Of a stretch of DNA of 15,645 bases, positions 14,542-15,645 are shown piece after piece. Numbering within the stretch: the stretch's first letter is position 1; every line of letters begins with the position of its first letter. The stretch comes from Methanosarcinales archaeon (GTDB taxonomy: Archaea > Halobacteriota > Methanosarcinia > Methanosarcinales > EX4572-44). A program made the translations under genes and the position numbers. The notes beneath the pieces are model-generated. The model saw only the letters and a list, made by a program, of their open reading frames with translations. It searched no databases and was not told the DNA's origin. The stretch lies in assembly GCA_004212095.1 (NCBI GenBank), contig RXIJ01000051.1, positions 1-15,645 on the forward strand, written 5' to 3'.

Positions 14542-15645
14542 TTAATCCTGTCTTCTTGCGTGAATGAAATCCTCTGTTAATTGGTATGCCTCGTCATCGG
14601 TAAATTGTCGGGGCGGGTGTTTCATAAAGTATGCTGAAGGTGAATACAGTATCCCTCCTTTGTTTCTTTCAAGTGCCAGTTTAGAGCATCTTATGGCATC
14701 TATTACAACTCCTGCGGAGTTTGGAGAGTCCTCAACAGAAAGCCTGAGTTCGAGGTTCATCGGAACATCACCAAAAAGTTTACCCTCCATCCGAATGAAA
14801 CAAAGCTTGTTGTCTTTCTGCCATGCTACCCAATCACTTGGACCAATGTGGATATTTTCGTCATCAAGTCGTTTTCCAATCACTGATTGAACTGCTTCTG
14901 TTTTTGATATCTTTTTTGACGCAAGTCGGTCTCTATTGAGCATGTTGAGAAAATCAGTATTGCCCCCGGTATTTAACTGGTAGGTTCTTTCTAATTTTAC
15001 ACCTCTTTTCTTGAACAGATCAACCAGTGTTCGGTGAGTGATTGTAGCACCAAGCTGGGCTTTAATGTCATCACCTATTAGCGGTATGCCCTTATCTTCA
15101 AATCTTTCCGCCCACACCGGATTACTCGCTATAAAAACAGGCATGTTATTTATAAACGCTACACCTGCCTCAAGTGCACACTCGGCATAGAATTTTGTGG
15201 CTTCTTCAGAGCCTACCGGGGTGTAATTTAAGAGGATTTCAACTTTTGATTCTTTCAAGAGGGTAACTACGTCTTCCTTTGATGGTTCATTTTCGTTACT
15301 TAAAATAAAGGCATATTTCTCATCATAATTTTTCAAATGTGGAGAAAAGCCGTCCAGTATCCTGCCCATGTTTACCTTCACTCCGGTTGTTGGTATATTT
15401 TCACAGAATACTTTCGTACAATTCGGAGGCTCAAAGATAGCCTTTGAAACGTCTTTTCCAACTTTTCTTTTGTCTGTATCAAAAGCGACTGCCACTTCAA
15501 TATCATAAGGCTTGTAACCTCCGATCTCCCAGTGCATGAGTCCGATAGCTTCTTCACGGTCTTTATTTTTATAGTACTCAATTCCCTGGATAAGTGAACT
15601 TGCACAATTACCGATTCCTACAATTCCTATTTTAATTTTTTCCAT
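14542..15645 (-). CDS. myo-Inositol-1-phosphate synthase (archaeal short type)
   Basis: The N-terminal Rossmann motif is KIGIVGIGNCASSLIQGIEYYK. Other blocks are GDDIKAQLGATITHRTL, YQLNTGGNTDFLNM and SKKISKTEAV. The start ATG sits exactly at the right window edge (15643-15645), so the gene is complete. Confidence 0.9.
   Translation of the reverse strand: MEKIKIGIVGIGNCASSLIQGIEYYKNKDREEAIGLMHWEIGGYKPYDIEVAVAFDTDKRKVGKDVSKAIFEPPNCTKVFCENIPTTGVKVNMGRILDGFSPHLKNYDEKYAFILSNENEPSKEDVVTLLKESKVEILLNYTPVGSEEATKFYAECALEAGVAFINNMPVFIASNPVWAERFEDKGIPLIGDDIKAQLGATITHRTLVDLFKKRGVKLERTYQLNTGGNTDFLNMLNRDRLASKKISKTEAVQSVIGKRLDDENIHIGPSDWVAWQKDNKLCFIRMEGKLFGDVPMNLELRLSVEDSPNSAGVVIDAIRCSKLALERNKGGILYSPSAYFMKHPPRQFTDDEAYQLTEDFIHARRQD

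Overview
This is a moderately AT-rich window that looks archaeal (euryarchaeal, methanogen/ANME/Archaeoglobus-like). That call rests on gene content only: archaeal-type myo-inositol-1-phosphate synthase, anaerobic cbi cobalamin genes, and Shine-Dalgarno GGAGG sites with 1-4 nt start/stop overlaps. All assignments come from reading motifs in the supplied translations; no database search was run.

The window has three blocks.

(1) nt 1-6908 (+): a six-gene, translationally coupled type III CRISPR-Cas effector operon in the order cmr1-like (5'-truncated by the window edge), cmr6-like, cas10, cmr4-like, cmr5-like, cmr3/cas5-like. This is the order described for subtype III-C. Cas10 keeps its N-terminal HD motif but has no GGDD cyclase motif. 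There is no CRISPR array, cas6, cas1/cas2 or CARF effector on the 3' side.

(2) nt 7059-9150 (+): a CBS-pair protein, then a solo IscB (OMEGA-type RNA-guided nuclease). The IscB has a complete PLMP/RuvC/bridge-helix/HNH/RuvC layout and a roughly 200-nt hairpin- and pseudoknot-capable upstream leader, which is the candidate omegaRNA/HEARO RNA. No TnpA is present.

(3) nt 9179-15645: housekeeping genes. These are argJ and cbiG-cbiH-cbiC (+), then a convergent operon (-) of myo-inositol-1-phosphate synthase, bifunctional IPCT/DIPPS (di-myo-inositol-phosphate synthesis, a thermophile-associated solute) and a small HD-domain protein whose conserved N-terminus lacks a canonical start codon.

No tRNA, rRNA or CRISPR repeats were seen. 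The most interesting items are the array-less, cyclase-dead type III-C-like module and the adjacent IscB with its structured leader.
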